DNA of 63,465 nt, the filler included, from Craspedostauros australis (taxonomy: Eukaryota): assembly GCA_030167865.1 (NCBI GenBank). It is 10 parts of 10 records of this genome, joined end to end, with 100 filler letters (N's around TTAATTAATTAA, not from the genome) between each part and the next. Parts side by side here need not be neighbours in the genome. Positions count along the whole stretch, not along the records: positions 12,196 to 38,626 come from JALAGF010002929.1; positions 38,727 to 39,892 come from JALAGF010002931.1; positions 39,993 to 43,145 come from JALAGF010002932.1; positions 43,246 to 44,421 come from JALAGF010002933.1; positions 44,522 to 47,085 come from JALAGF010002934.1; positions 47,186 to 49,508 come from JALAGF010002937.1; 4 more parts are not named here. One strand, written 5' to 3'. The notes below the pieces were generated by a model. It was not told the origin of the DNA and did not search any database. It worked only from the letters and a program-made list of their open reading frames with translations. Within the stretch, counting starts at the first letter, position 1. The number at the start of each line of letters is the position of its first letter. Below, one piece after another: positions 35,667-47,361 of the stretch. The translations under genes were made by a program, and so were the position numbers.

Positions 35667-36184
35667 TGATGATGGTGTGATGATGTTGTGGTGATGTCAA
35701 TGATGGCTATCGAATGGAGTTCCAAGAATCTGCGACTGCTGCTGCTGTGGAGGTCGACAGCGTCGTCAACGATCTGTTTGCGGTATTGGCAACATCACCG
35801 ACTCTGCAATGGAGATTTCGTGGGCATGGCTGCTGGTATTGGTAGATCGCAGCATGGTATGGTGGATCGTCATGATACTCAATTGTTCTGTGTATTGGTG
35901 TTGCGAGAAAAGGAGGAAAAGTGGTTCTCCCAAACAGGATCTTCGTGCCGGATTTATTGGAAGGCGCAAGGATACTTGCGATCGACGAACCTGTTCGAGC
36001 CGAGGAAGATTTGGTTGTTGTGTGTCCTTTGGGTCGAGGCAGAGGAGTATTCTCTACATCCATTCTCATAGACTTGCGCAACCTCGATGATGATTGAATG
36101 CGACCATGATTAGACGAGCATCACACCTTGGGCTTGTAATGTGATGTACGAGTATTGCTGCGATAGCGTATTCCATTGCGATCA

Positions 36185-37897
36185 TCATGACGACGTTGCG
36201 TCTTGCACAGCGTGACACTGCGGAAGCAAACTGGGCGCCACCGCTGGCCGCCCACAACATCGCACCACGATGCATCCCAACGAATGCAACATCCACGTGA
36301 CGAACATGACGAACGCCATGCATCGGTACATCGGCTTGGATCCGTAGTGCTGCATGGCCCATCCGCCGATCACGGACCCCAATCCAACCCCGACTGCGGA
36401 ATACAGCATCTGCACCGTCGTGGGAATCGTTGTGGACCACGTTCCTTTGGCTTGATTGTTTGGGCCTGCGTTTGAAGTGACATCCGGCGGACAATCCTCC
36501 TGAGGCGCCTCAGCCACTCGCTCGCGCTGCCATACTTCAACCTGCTCCACCAACGCCTTGCTGACGTCGGCCAGCACGATCCAAAAGCAACCGAACGTGA
36601 TGCCATGCAACGACTCCAAAGGCAGGATCCACAATCGCGTCGCCGGTTCCAGCAGGGTGTATCCGTACGCCCGCGTGGCGAAGCACAGCATCGCGATCCA
36701 TTGCAGACCATCGAGGCCGAACCAACCGTGCACCGTCTCGGCGTAAAAGAAGAGCGGCAATTCGAAGATGACATTGACGGCCACCGACATACCGCAAAGC
36801 ATCGTGCTGGATTGGAGGTCATCGACCATGTAGAGGAAGAGGAGGCGTTCCGAGGTTGCCATTGCAGCGCCCATCACGACGACCTGCAACAGGAACAGCA
36901 TCACCTGTGGTCGACAGAACACTCGCAACAACAACCAAACATCGCTTGGTGTGTCGCGATCATGAGCATCCGCTTGTCTGCGCTGCTGTTCTGACACTTC
37001 GTCGTCGTCTTGAGCATCAAGCAGTGGCTCCGTTAGATTATTCGCATCTCGCATTAACGATTGGTCCCCACTCTCCTCTTGTCCCATATTGTTTGGTCCA
37101 CCGCCACCATCATCACCATCATCACCATCGTTGCCGTCATGATTGTTGCCGTCATGATTGATGGATTGCGATGCCTCCGGTCGATCGCCAGGAATGAAGT
37201 AGATCACGAGCAACAGGCACAGCAGCCCCAGCGAACCATAGTAAACGAAGTTGGGCTCGAAGCCGAAGTGATCCGTGGACCAACCCATCCCCAGCGCGCC
37301 GATACCCCAGCTCAGAGACGCGAACAGTCGGTACCGCCCGTACAGCAGCTTGTTCTTCGTCCCCAGCAAATCGAGCGTGTAGCTATCCAAGATGCCGCCG
37401 GCCACGAACAGCTTGGTCGCCACCGTCACCATCCATATACGCTCCTTGTGATTGTACACGGCAGGCGCCGCCAGCAGCAACAGAATGACGGTCGAGCACG
37501 CCTTCGTCGTGACGTAGACCATCTTGCGACAGTTGTGCACATCGGACAGGTATCCCCACATCGGAATCACGACGATCGGCACGACCGTCAGCACGAACTC
37601 CACCAGCCCGATCTCGCGGCTGCCGAATCCATGAGCGTGGTAGTACAGCACGCCGAAGCGTCCCCACGTGGCACTCGACAGCGCCTCCAGGAAGTACAGC
37701 GACTTGATCAGGCAGGACGTGCGCCATGGCAGTCCGTCCATCAGCGCCGTCCTCATGTTCTCGCGAATGTCCGCATTGCTGTCTTCTTCTGCTTCTTCAT
37801 TGTCATTATCGTCCTCATTCGCATGCACTTGATGATCTGAAGGCTGAGCAGGTTGTGCAAGGCTGGATCCGCTTTCATCTTCACTTGAAGCCACCAT
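36185..37897 (-). CDS. Major facilitator superfamily transporter (MFSD6-like)
   Basis: PMWGYLSD, YGRYRLFASLSWG, FELPLF and ESLHGITF; two TM bundles separated by an acidic loop. Confidence 0.88.
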   Translation of the reverse strand: MVASSEDESGSSLAQPAQPSDHQVHANEDDNDNEEAEEDSNADIRENMRTALMDGLPWRTSCLIKSLYFLEALSSATWGRFGVLYYHAHGFGSREIGLVEFVLTVVPIVVIPMWGYLSDVHNCRKMVYVTTKACSTVILLLLAAPAVYNHKERIWMVTVATKLFVAGGILDSYTLDLLGTKNKLLYGRYRLFASLSWGIGALGMGWSTDHFGFEPNFVYYGSLGLLCLLLVIYFIPGDRPEASQSINHDGNNHDGNDGDDGDDGGGGPNNMGQEESGDQSLMRDANNLTEPLLDAQDDDEVSEQQRRQADAHDRDTPSDVWLLLRVFCRPQVMLFLLQVVVMGAAMATSERLLFLYMVDDLQSSTMLCGMSVAVNVIFELPLFFYAETVHGWFGLDGLQWIAMLCFATRAYGYTLLEPATRLWILPLESLHGITFGCFWIVLADVSKALVEQVEVWQRERVAEAPQEDCPPDVTSNAGPNNQAKGTWSTTIPTTVQMLYSAVGVGLGSVIGGWAMQHYGSKPMYRCMAFVMFVTWMLHSLGCIVVRCCGRPAVAPSLLPQCHAVQDATSS

Positions 37898-38626
37898 ACT
37901 CTTCACACCTCCTTTGGCTTTGCTGTTGCAGTCGGAGATGATGATGATAGAGGTGGTGATGATGATGGTTGATGAAACCAATGATGGTTGATGACAAACG
38001 TGATGATGTGCCGATCTCGCGTTCGGATCTCGGTTTCCATCACGTGTTCCGGTTCCGTTTGATGTCGGCTGATGTGCGGAGAGTTTCGCCAAAAGTCACT
38101 GCAGTCGTCTTGGTCGAGCGATTGCGTTTCGCCAAAAGAGAACACGATTTCGAGGAAATTCATCAACCAGCCCTTTTGAAGTGCCGATTTGCATCAACCA
38201 GCCTGTTTTTGCAACACTTAGTGGCACAAAACGTCCAATTGTCCATGCGACATCCCATGGACACAGGGATTTCGCATCGACTGCCATGGTTAGTGCATAA
38301 ATATAGACTACCTGTACCACACAGGAAAACTTCAAGCCACATTATATTATACATGTTCATCATCATCTTCATATTGCCAGTATAGTCCACACGAATGTAA
38401 ATCATCCAATGAGGGGAATACGTGACTACTTTAGTTGCAGATATGTACATCATCCATCTGTTTGCTCCAATTTCTTGCGTTGTGGATCGTATTCTGACGA
38501 CATCTTCATTGCAAGGGACAAAAATAGTACAGTTTAACAAATTCAGCGCATCGAAGGCATTCCAATGGGTATACAAATAGCTTGTGAGTGACTGGATCCA
38601 TCTAGAAGGTGTTGCGGATTGTACGC

Positions 38627-38726
38627 NNNNNNNNNNNNNNNNNNNNNNNNNNNNNNNNNNNNNNNNNNNNTTAATTAATTAANNNNNNNNNNNNNNNNNN
38701 NNNNNNNNNNNNNNNNNNNNNNNNNN
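38627..38726. other. Artificial contig-joining spacer
   Basis: 44 N + TTAATTAATTAA + 44 N. Confidence 0.98.
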
Positions 38727-39497
38727 CGCCGTTGGATCCTGCGGCATGTACTGTCGCAAGGCATCAAACATTTCCTGCAGGAAGGGCAGCTTGTGGTAGG
38801 ACTTGTGCAGCGGTAAGATGGCGTCGAAGGCGACGTTTGAAGCGGCCGTGTCGTTGACAAAGATAGCAGCGACGAGGTGGACGACGATGTGACGATGCGC
38901 ATGTTGTTTGGCACGCAACATGCTTGCGATCGTGACGTTCTGTGCTTTGTTGAATGGATGGTAGGTTGGATCGGATGGGACGGAGTAGAGGTTGATGAGG
39001 TGGTAGATGTGGATCGTGGTGTTGTCGCTAGTCGCAGATGGTCTGTCATTCTGTGTCATGACATGATCCACCACCTGCGGACGTTGCTGAACGGACTCTG
39101 CAATGCCGGATTCCCGGAGCATCAAATGACTATGCCAGCCACCGCAGACGCCAATCGCAAGAGCGACGCAGAGAATGGTTCTGTCGCGCCATCGTCGCTG
39201 AATCAGCTCCATGATGATCGTCAAAGTGCGGCTTGTTCTTGTTGAGACAACAGCCTCGCGTCAGGGCCTTACCAAGCTTTGAGCTAAAGAGTGGAGCCAG
39301 AGCGAGTGCTGTGTGATACCACTGAGGTTGTGTTTGCTCAGATACGGTTTGTTTGATTGTATGGTTCTGTTTTGTTGTTTGCTGTTGTGATGATCAGGAG
39401 ACGATACAAGTAGTGGAGGGGTTCGAGTGGCTATTTTTTGGCGTGGCCGGCGACTCCAGCCAATCAAATGGCTTAGACTTTATCACTGGCACGAGCA
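38727..39497 (-). repeat. 771-bp reverse-complement copy of 39993-40763 (5' part of the glycosyltransferase-like gene)
   Basis: End sequences and length match, and the translated ORFs are identical in both copies. Confidence 0.95.
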
Positions 39498-39892
39498 AGC
39501 CATCCCATTGAAGGGTGAATTGAGGGGAGTTTGGGTCATTTCTCCCGAGCTTTGTTGCGCTTGGAGTTCTCATTTGGAACCGTGTGACGCAGATGATCTG
39601 TTTCGTCTCGGATCGATTCTCGTTGTGAACGCTGACAGAGACGTTGGGATTGCGTGGTTGGTTTCGCACGAGGATTTGTGGAACTTTGACACTTTCTCAG
39701 AAATCACGTATTGAGCAAATAAAATGCAATTTTTACTTGCAGTATCTCCGTGTGAGTATCTCGACGTGGCAAACTCCATTGTCGTAACTGAACGACGATT
39801 CCGACCGATACCTTCATGATATCATGGCGATGGGACTATCGCATACTCCGTATTGTTGTCGTTGATCGCAAGTACTAACGCCATAATACCAA

Positions 39893-39992
39893 NNNNNNNN
39901 NNNNNNNNNNNNNNNNNNNNNNNNNNNNNNNNNNNNTTAATTAATTAANNNNNNNNNNNNNNNNNNNNNNNNNNNNNNNNNNNNNNNNNNNN
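39893..39992. other. Artificial contig-joining spacer
   Basis: 44 N + TTAATTAATTAA + 44 N. Confidence 0.98.
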
Positions 39993-40277
39993 TGCTCGTG
40001 CCAGTGATAAAGTCTAAGCCATTTGATTGGCTGGAGTCGCCGGCCACGCCAAAAAATAGCCACTCGAACCCCTCCACTACTTGTATCGTCTCCTGATCAT
40101 CACAACAGCAAACAACAAAACAGAACCATACAATCAAACAAACCGTATCTGAGCAAACACAACCTCAGTGGTATCACACAGCACTCGCTCTGGCTCCACT
40201 CTTTAGCTCAAAGCTTGGTAAGGCCCTGACGCGAGGCTGTTGTCTCAACAAGAACAAGCCGCACTTTGACGATCATC

Positions 40278-41276
40278 ATGGAGCTGATTCAGCGACGATG
40301 GCGCGACAGAACCATTCTCTGCGTCGCTCTTGCGATTGGCGTCTGCGGTGGCTGGCATAGTCATTTGATGCTCCGGGAATCCGGCATTGCAGAGTCCGTT
40401 CAGCAACGTCCGCAGGTGGTGGATCATGTCATGACACAGAATGACAGACCATCTGCGACTAGCGACAACACCACGATCCACATCTACCACCTCATCAACC
40501 TCTACTCCGTCCCATCCGATCCAACCTACCATCCATTCAACAAAGCACAGAACGTCACGATCGCAAGCATGTTGCGTGCCAAACAACATGCGCATCGTCA
40601 CATCGTCGTCCACCTCGTCGCTGCTATCTTTGTCAACGACACGGCCGCTTCAAACGTCGCCTTCGACGCCATCTTACCGCTGCACAAGTCCTACCACAAG
40701 CTGCCCTTCCTGCAGGAAATGTTTGATGCCTTGCGACAGTACATGCCGCAGGATCCAACGGCGCTGATCGTCTTTACCAATTCCGATATAGGTCTATATC
40801 GTGACTTTTACAATATCATCGCGGATATACCGCACGCATCGTTCACGATCAATCGGCGCATCGTGCCTGCGACGCTTACCGATCTCGATCAGATTGAGGA
40901 ACGCATCCCGCGGGGCGGGTACCATCCTGGCAAGGATTGTTTCGTGATGCGTCAGTATATCGACGTGCAGTTCGGTGATCTGTTCGTGGGGCATCCGCCT
41001 TGGGGGTTCGCCATCGACTTGCAGCTGCATCGTGCAGGCCACGGCCATGTCAATCTGAACAGCGGGACCAATGCGACGTTTCATCTGGGGGATGATGCGG
41101 GCTGGAAGCGCAAGACCAACCTCATTGACATTCACAGCAAGGAGCGCGAGGCCATGCGCGACTGCGCGTCCATCCCATGGAAGTTGGAAAAGATGCGGTC
41201 AATAACGCAAGAAGGCTATCAGAACACCATCAACTGCGCCAAACTATTTCGGTCCTTGGATCGGGACAAGCAATAG
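40278..41276 (+). CDS. Putative glycosyltransferase-like type II membrane protein
   Basis: N-terminal TM (TILCVALAIGVCGGW), a DxD-like IVFTNSDIGL motif, and HPGKDCFV and VGHPPWG. Confidence 0.6.
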   Translation: MELIQRRWRDRTILCVALAIGVCGGWHSHLMLRESGIAESVQQRPQVVDHVMTQNDRPSATSDNTTIHIYHLINLYSVPSDPTYHPFNKAQNVTIASMLRAKQHAHRHIVVHLVAAIFVNDTAASNVAFDAILPLHKSYHKLPFLQEMFDALRQYMPQDPTALIVFTNSDIGLYRDFYNIIADIPHASFTINRRIVPATLTDLDQIEERIPRGGYHPGKDCFVMRQYIDVQFGDLFVGHPPWGFAIDLQLHRAGHGHVNLNSGTNATFHLGDDAGWKRKTNLIDIHSKEREAMRDCASIPWKLEKMRSITQEGYQNTINCAKLFRSLDRDKQ

Positions 41277-41347
41277 ACTATGACACCGTGGTGTGGAATA
41301 TTGATAGAACGTGCGAGTGTACCCACACAATAGTCTGTTCTCTATGA

Positions 41348-43145
41348 TTAGGCCGCCTTGCGACGACTGCTGCTTCTCGTGCTGCGAACGCTCGTTGCGC
41401 TGGTTACCGATTGCTCGTCCGGATCGGCCTTCTTGGCGCGTGTGCCACGTGTGGACCGTGTGGAGGGTTTGGGGGGCAGCGGGGGTTTCGACACCTCCGA
41501 TTTCTCCTCCGAGATCTGCTTGCGCTTGCGCCGAGATCGCTTCGTGACGGAGGAAACGGAGGGTTCAGCGGATGCCTCGGAGGTGCGGGTTGCGCGCTTG
41601 CGGGTGGTTGCGCGCTTGCGCGGTGTGGGAGCCGTGGGTTCGTTCTCCTCGACCTCAGCCATTGCTTCCTCTGCTTTGCCTGCGCCTTCGTCTTCGGATG
41701 CCGCCGCTATTGCCTTTGCAGCTGCTCTGGTGGACGATCGCGTCGAACGTCGGCTGGAAACGGACATGACGGAGGCCGTGTCATNATNTTTTGTTGCGCT
41801 TGCCTCNTCATCCNCGGACTTGCGGCTTCTTGCTGTTTGTCGACGACTGCGACGGGTCGGAGTTTTGGGAATCGTTGATGTCGGCGGCTTCTTTTTGCGG
41901 GCACTGCGCCGGGTGAGTGGCCTCTCCTCTTCCGCTTCTTTCTCATTCGCAGCATCTTGCTCTGGACCCTTCTCGGCATCGGCTTGCTTGTCATCATCCT
42001 GAGGTTGAGTGGCAGCATCTCCTGCCTCTGTCTTTTCAGCTGCTGTTGCCGCCTCGCCTTGCAAGACTGTGGTGATCTCCACAGGGATGTCGGAGCCGTC
42101 CTTCTCCTTCCCCTGTTCATCGTCCGCCTTGGTCGCGTCGTCGTCGTCGTCGTCGTGGTTACCATGATCTTCTTTATGATCGTCGTGGTGAAGCTCGCTG
42201 ACGTCGTCGTCCGCATTGTCGACGACGGCTTTGCCAGCGTCTGCATCGTCGTTGACTTCGGGCACTGGTGGCAGTGCTGCCTCCATTTCTTCGACACGTT
42301 TCTTCTTCCGCCGTGGCGTGCGTGCCATAGCACTGAGTGCGGCAGCCTTGGTCGTTGGCTTCCTCGACCGGGTGCTTCGGCGCCGTCCACTCACAGTGGA
42401 CTTCGAACCGACGCTCGAAATGTCGCTCTTGTCATCCTCGCTGACCACTTCTTGAGGTGTCTCACTTTTCTTGGATCTCGTTCGCCTGCGTGGTTTTCTC
42501 CGTGCCGGTGACTCAGCTACCATTGGCGATGGTTCCTCTGCTGCTGCCTTGTCGTCAGTCTCTCCCTCTTGCCCCTTGGGATCGTCCTGCTGCTGAGCTT
42601 CCGTTGGCTGCTCGTCGTTGGACGGCTGCTGATCCTCGGCTGTTTCCATTGATTCCTTCACGGCTGGAATCGGCACAGGTTCTGCTTCTGCTTCGGCCTC
42701 CGTTTCTACTTCTGCTTCAGCCTCAGCCTCAGCCTCCACTTCAGGAGCACCCTCGTCCGAGACATCGATTTCAATGACTTCACTCGCTTCTGGAATATCT
42801 ACATCTTGCGCCTCGTCAGATTCCAGCTTCACTGCCTGATGGAGCGTCTCTTCCGGCTCCAGCTTTGCAGATTCTCGTGGCGGTGTAGCTTCTATCTTCG
42901 CCTCCTCTTGCTCAGCGACTTGCTCTTCTGCGACGGCCTCCTCGACGTCTGCTACATCGGGTGGGGCATCCGATGCTTGTCCAGCAGATTCCAACACAGC
43001 TGCATCAGGAGCATCAGCAGTATCGTCTGGTTGCTCGATCTCTCTTTCGTTTTGCATTGGCGAATCGGCCTCCGCTTCGGCCGTTTCGATTGGTGCGTTC
43101 TCGTCTTGTTGCTGTACTTCTGATGCAGTAGGGACGGTCGACTCG
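41348..43145 (-). CDS. Disordered protein with acidic N-part and Arg/Ser/Lys-rich C-part; 5'-truncated
   Basis: The frame stays open to the contig edge (about 600 codons). TP/SP sites and basic clusters suggest a nuclear protein. Confidence 0.7.
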
Positions 43146-43245
43146 NNNNNNNNNNNNNNNNNNNNNNNNNNNNNNNNNNNNNNNNNNNNTTAATTAATTA
43201 ANNNNNNNNNNNNNNNNNNNNNNNNNNNNNNNNNNNNNNNNNNNN
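43146..43245. other. Artificial contig-joining spacer
   Basis: 44 N + TTAATTAATTAA + 44 N. Confidence 0.98.
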
Positions 43246-44421
43246 GCAGTCTCGTCGTGCGTTTTCACTCGTGTGCCAACCACTTTTCCATCCTCATCTT
43301 TCGATGCAACGCACAATTGTCGCACACCCATACGTAGTCCCCTGCTCTTTGTGACGAATTCATCTCCTCCTTTTGCCTCCAAGATGGCGTACGCCACTTG
43401 ATGGTGATGGATGTACGCGCGAGCGACCTTGTCCATCTCCAAATTTTCCCAACACTGTTGGCAGGCCTTCCACAGTGCATCAGTTGTCAAAATTTGGCTT
43501 CCGTTGTTCTTACCTTGGGACGACGAGACATGTCTTGATAATGCAGGAAATATGCTTTCGTCTTTCACATTTGTGATGGGAGAATTTGGCGGTTGGATGC
43601 GATAATGCCATCCCCGTTGATCGAATTGCTTTGTAAGGAATGCCAGCAGCAATGTATCTCGGTGGGGACCGGCTCCATCCATTTGATAACGCACAACAAC
43701 TCTCTTTCCTGTTTCCGAACCAATCTTCATGCAGAGACTTTCGAGGTTGGGGATTTCATGGTTGCGGAAGAAACTCACAAGGTCGTATTTTGGCTTCTTC
43801 TTGTACTNCTTCTTGCTCCCAGTTATCTCCATGGCCTCGAAGTAGAATTGGCCCTTCACTCGCAAAATGTTCTCTGGGATGTGAGGATGGCGACGTTTCC
43901 CATTCTTGTCGATCACTTGTTTGTAAGTGCTCACAAGAGCCTCTTTCATGCGTCCCACATGTTCAAAGGTGACACAATAGGCCTTGCCCCCAAGTTCGAA
44001 TGAGTTGTTGATTGGTGCAAATGCAGTTGTTGCAATTACCATGGTCTTGCCTAGATGATTCTTATGGTGGGTGTGATGGACAATTGGGAGGACACCGTAC
44101 TCAAGAACTTCTTTGATGTTGTTGCGAGATACAATCACCCAAAACCACTTCTCGTCCATGTGGGCTATCACCACTTGGGTATTGTTGAATTGTTTGGCCG
44201 ATGCCCAGAATACACAAAACTCCTTTGCCCAAGTCACACGTTGTATCTTTGTTGCTTTTGTGAGGAGCGGCAAGATCTTGGTCTGCTTGTATTTGCTTCC
44301 TTTCAAAGACATGACATGACGCCGAATGGTCTCCGCACTGACAATTTGCGGGTTGCCACTGCCCGCAAGCTCATTGGCCACATCCTCCCATGAGAGGGTA
44401 CCATTGCATCGCTGTAATACC
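43246..44421 (-). mobile_element. Tc1/mariner-superfamily transposase fragment (DDD type)
   Basis: Motifs HMDEKWFW, YQMDGAGPH and QPPNSPITNVKD; the frame is open across the whole contig. Confidence 0.88.
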
Positions 44422-44521
44422 NNNNNNNNNNNNNNNNNNNNNNNNNNNNNNNNNNNNNNNNNNNNTTAATTAATTAANNNNNNNNNNNNNNNNNNNNNNN
44501 NNNNNNNNNNNNNNNNNNNNN
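44422..44521. other. Artificial contig-joining spacer
   Basis: 44 N + TTAATTAATTAA + 44 N. Confidence 0.98.
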
Positions 44522-47085
44522 CGCGTGGCCGAGCATTCGGTGCAGGTTCACTGCGCTGATCTCCTTGGATGGATTCTTGACGATGGCTGTGCAAGCCTTG
44601 TCGTCATCTGTCGGCATGATGGGATGCATTTGCACTCCCGTGATGAATCCGTTGGATGTGGGGAAGACTCGATCGAACACGATTTTCGTTCCGGATCCGT
44701 TGATGATGTCCATCAGAATGCCGTTGTTACCAAGCTGGTAACCGTTGTACAGAGCCTTGTTCGTGGAGAAAAGGTTCACTGCCATTTTCGGTGTGTACTT
44801 CACATCATCGAGCCGGATGACGTGGCCAGTGTTGTCTCGCTGCTTGACCTTCAGGCGAATGGATCCCATTTTGGGAGAGTCCAGCTTCGTGCTGTCTCCC
44901 ACTTGGACGAAGGACTTGATGTGCCGCACGTTGAAGAGAGCGGCGTCCGAGTTGACGATGTGACACGAAGCTCCGCTATCGGCGAGCCAGGTGTCCTTGT
45001 TGACCTTGTCCTTGTATCTGGTGCTCAGCTCGTGGAGTTGCTCCACGGCTGCCGCAGCTATCTCGTCGTTGAAGCTGCCGTCATCGTCGTCTTTGTGGAC
45101 TCCATCTTTGTTGTATGGATTGCGGTGGTCCTCATCGTCCATCTCATCGGGTAGTTGCGCATAGTCCGATGGAATCGTATTGCTTCGATGAGATCCTGTG
45201 GCTGGATCGTATGGGTGGACGCGTGATCGCTCGCGTAAGAGCACGCGCATGCATCCTCCAAGGATGTAATGTAGATCCGTCTCTGGGATCGTTTCCGAGT
45301 TGTTCGCTTCCAGTATGCGGTTGATGATGATCGCATTGACGAGGATCTCTTCGATTGATTCGAAGTGCTCGGATAGGATGGATCCCATCATGTTCACCCA
45401 TATTGGCATGAGTGCTCCTCGTGTGGTTCCTGGGAACAGTCGCATTCCCGCTTCCATTACAGCGTCAAAGATGAGCTGCTTTTGGATTATCAATGCTGTT
45501 GCTGTTGCATTTGGGATGGTGCTGTGACGGAGGAGGTAATCGACGCTGTTGGGATACTCAATAGGTGGGAAGTCGATGTTCCCTGGGTAGACGACACGCT
45601 CGTTTGGATTGAAGCTGTCGTCTGGATGATTGCTGTCCTTGGATTCGTCGCTGTCATCCTCGTCGAAGATGCCCGATCTGTTGTTCCCCGCCGCTGGAGG
45701 AGGCGGCGCCGCGCCGCGGTTCGTTTCGCCTTGGCCTCGATTAATGAAGGTCCCCNTTCTCTCGTATCTCCCAGCTTGAGGAGGAGGCAACTCGTCGCGG
45801 TTCACCTCGTCGTCTTCATCTACGCCGTCCTCGTCGGCGTCGTCGTCGTCATCGCTCATGGCCTCTTCGATGTCGCTATCGTTGGCCTCGTTGTCCATCT
45901 CAGCTTCGTCGCCGTATGAACCGATCAGGTCGTGCGCGTTGAAGCAGCATTCGTAGCTCACTTCGCGTCTTGGATCCACCTCGTGGATGATTGGCTCCTC
46001 ACTGAGCCACTCCGGGACGATCTCATCGTCCTGTACTTCGTCGTCACTCCCGACGCATGCGAAGTTATCGAAGAAGGAGTCTTCGATGTAGTCGTTGGAC
46101 ACCAACATGCAGAGCGGCATGTCCTTTGCTGAGAGTACCATCTCGTGCCCGCTCTTGTCGTGTCCTTGTGTTGCTGTGTTGGCCTGCTCGTCGGCCTTCT
46201 TCTTCTTGTTGAACTTCTTCTTTCGGCACTCCGCCTCGCGGTGACCGAAGATGCCGCAGTAGTTGCACTTGCCCTTGAAGCCGCTTCCCTTGTTGCGCTT
46301 TCCGTTCATCTTGTTGTTGGTGTTGTTGTTTTTCTTGTTGTTCGATTTCTTGCGTTCTGGGCAATCGGCGGATCTATGGCCATACACGCCACAGTTGTGA
46401 CAAGTACCCTTGAAGTTACCGGTGCTTGTGAAACCGGTGTCGTTGCTCTTCGTGTTACTGTCTTGGAAGTTGTCGACGTACGCCTTGCCTCCTTGATGAG
46501 TGGCGTATGCTGTGCGGAGTACTCCTTTGATCGTGTTGATGGTGACCAGTTCCGGATTGAACGTGAGTTGATGTTGGAAGTTCACGACGTGAGTTCTGTA
46601 TTCGTTGCTCACCGTGCTGAGGATTTGCATGATCATTTCCTCGTCCGTGATCTCGTACTTGACATCGTGGAGACGCGATCGTAAACCTTCGAGTCGCGTG
46701 ATGTAGATGTCGGGGTCCNNNNNNNNNNNNNNNNNNNNNNNNNNNNNNNNNNNNNNNNNNNNNNNNNNNAATTGGCGCTTGAGTTTGATCTTCGTCACCG
46801 CGTCGGATGGTCGGAACTTCTCCGCGAGAACGTTCCACGCTGCGTGTGCGTCTCCTTCGGGGTAGTCGTCGGAGATGCATTGGTTGATGTACTGGATGGC
46901 CTGCTTACCTTTTCCTTTCTCTGCATCCATCATGAGGATCAGATCGCTGAAGCAGTCGCATCCCAGCTCGTAGATCTCCTCCATCGCTTCCTTGTCTTCA
47001 TCGGCAGCTGCCGCGATCTCGCTCACTGTTGGCACCTTGGTCTTGCCCAACATCACGTCTCTCGTCTTCTGTGCACGAGCGTATG
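44522..47085 (-). mobile_element. Ty1/Copia LTR retrotransposon gag-protease fragment
   Basis: Gag region (AWNVLAEKF, DPDIYITRLE), two CX2CX4HX4C zinc knuckles, aspartic protease WLADSGASCH, and pre-integrase LHRMLGH. Truncated at both ends, with an internal N gap. Confidence 0.92.
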
Positions 47086-47185
47086 NNNNNNNNNNNNNNN
47101 NNNNNNNNNNNNNNNNNNNNNNNNNNNNNTTAATTAATTAANNNNNNNNNNNNNNNNNNNNNNNNNNNNNNNNNNNNNNNNNNNN
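47086..47185. other. Artificial contig-joining spacer
   Basis: 44 N + TTAATTAATTAA + 44 N. Confidence 0.98.
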
Positions 47186-47361
47186 TGACCCCTACGACTT
47201 CAAATATTTGATGGTCCATAAAACTTAAACTATGAACTTTAAGTTTCTGGGTAATTTTCCTGTTGCTATGGACACTATAATAAGTTGGTTTATATGCTTG
47301 GTTGTGTTGAAATCGAAGAAAAATTGCCACTCTACTTTACCAAAGGTTGGTCGACTCACTC
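47186..47361 (+). repeat. Dispersed non-coding element family 1, copy B
   Basis: Same conserved blocks as 226-400. Confidence 0.75.

Noticed and set aside
38161..38203. 12-bp direct repeat CATCAACCAGCC upstream of the MFS gene
   Set aside because: Only two copies; too little evidence for a regulatory site.
43246..47085. Composite mariner-Copia element
   Set aside because: Separated by an artificial spacer.
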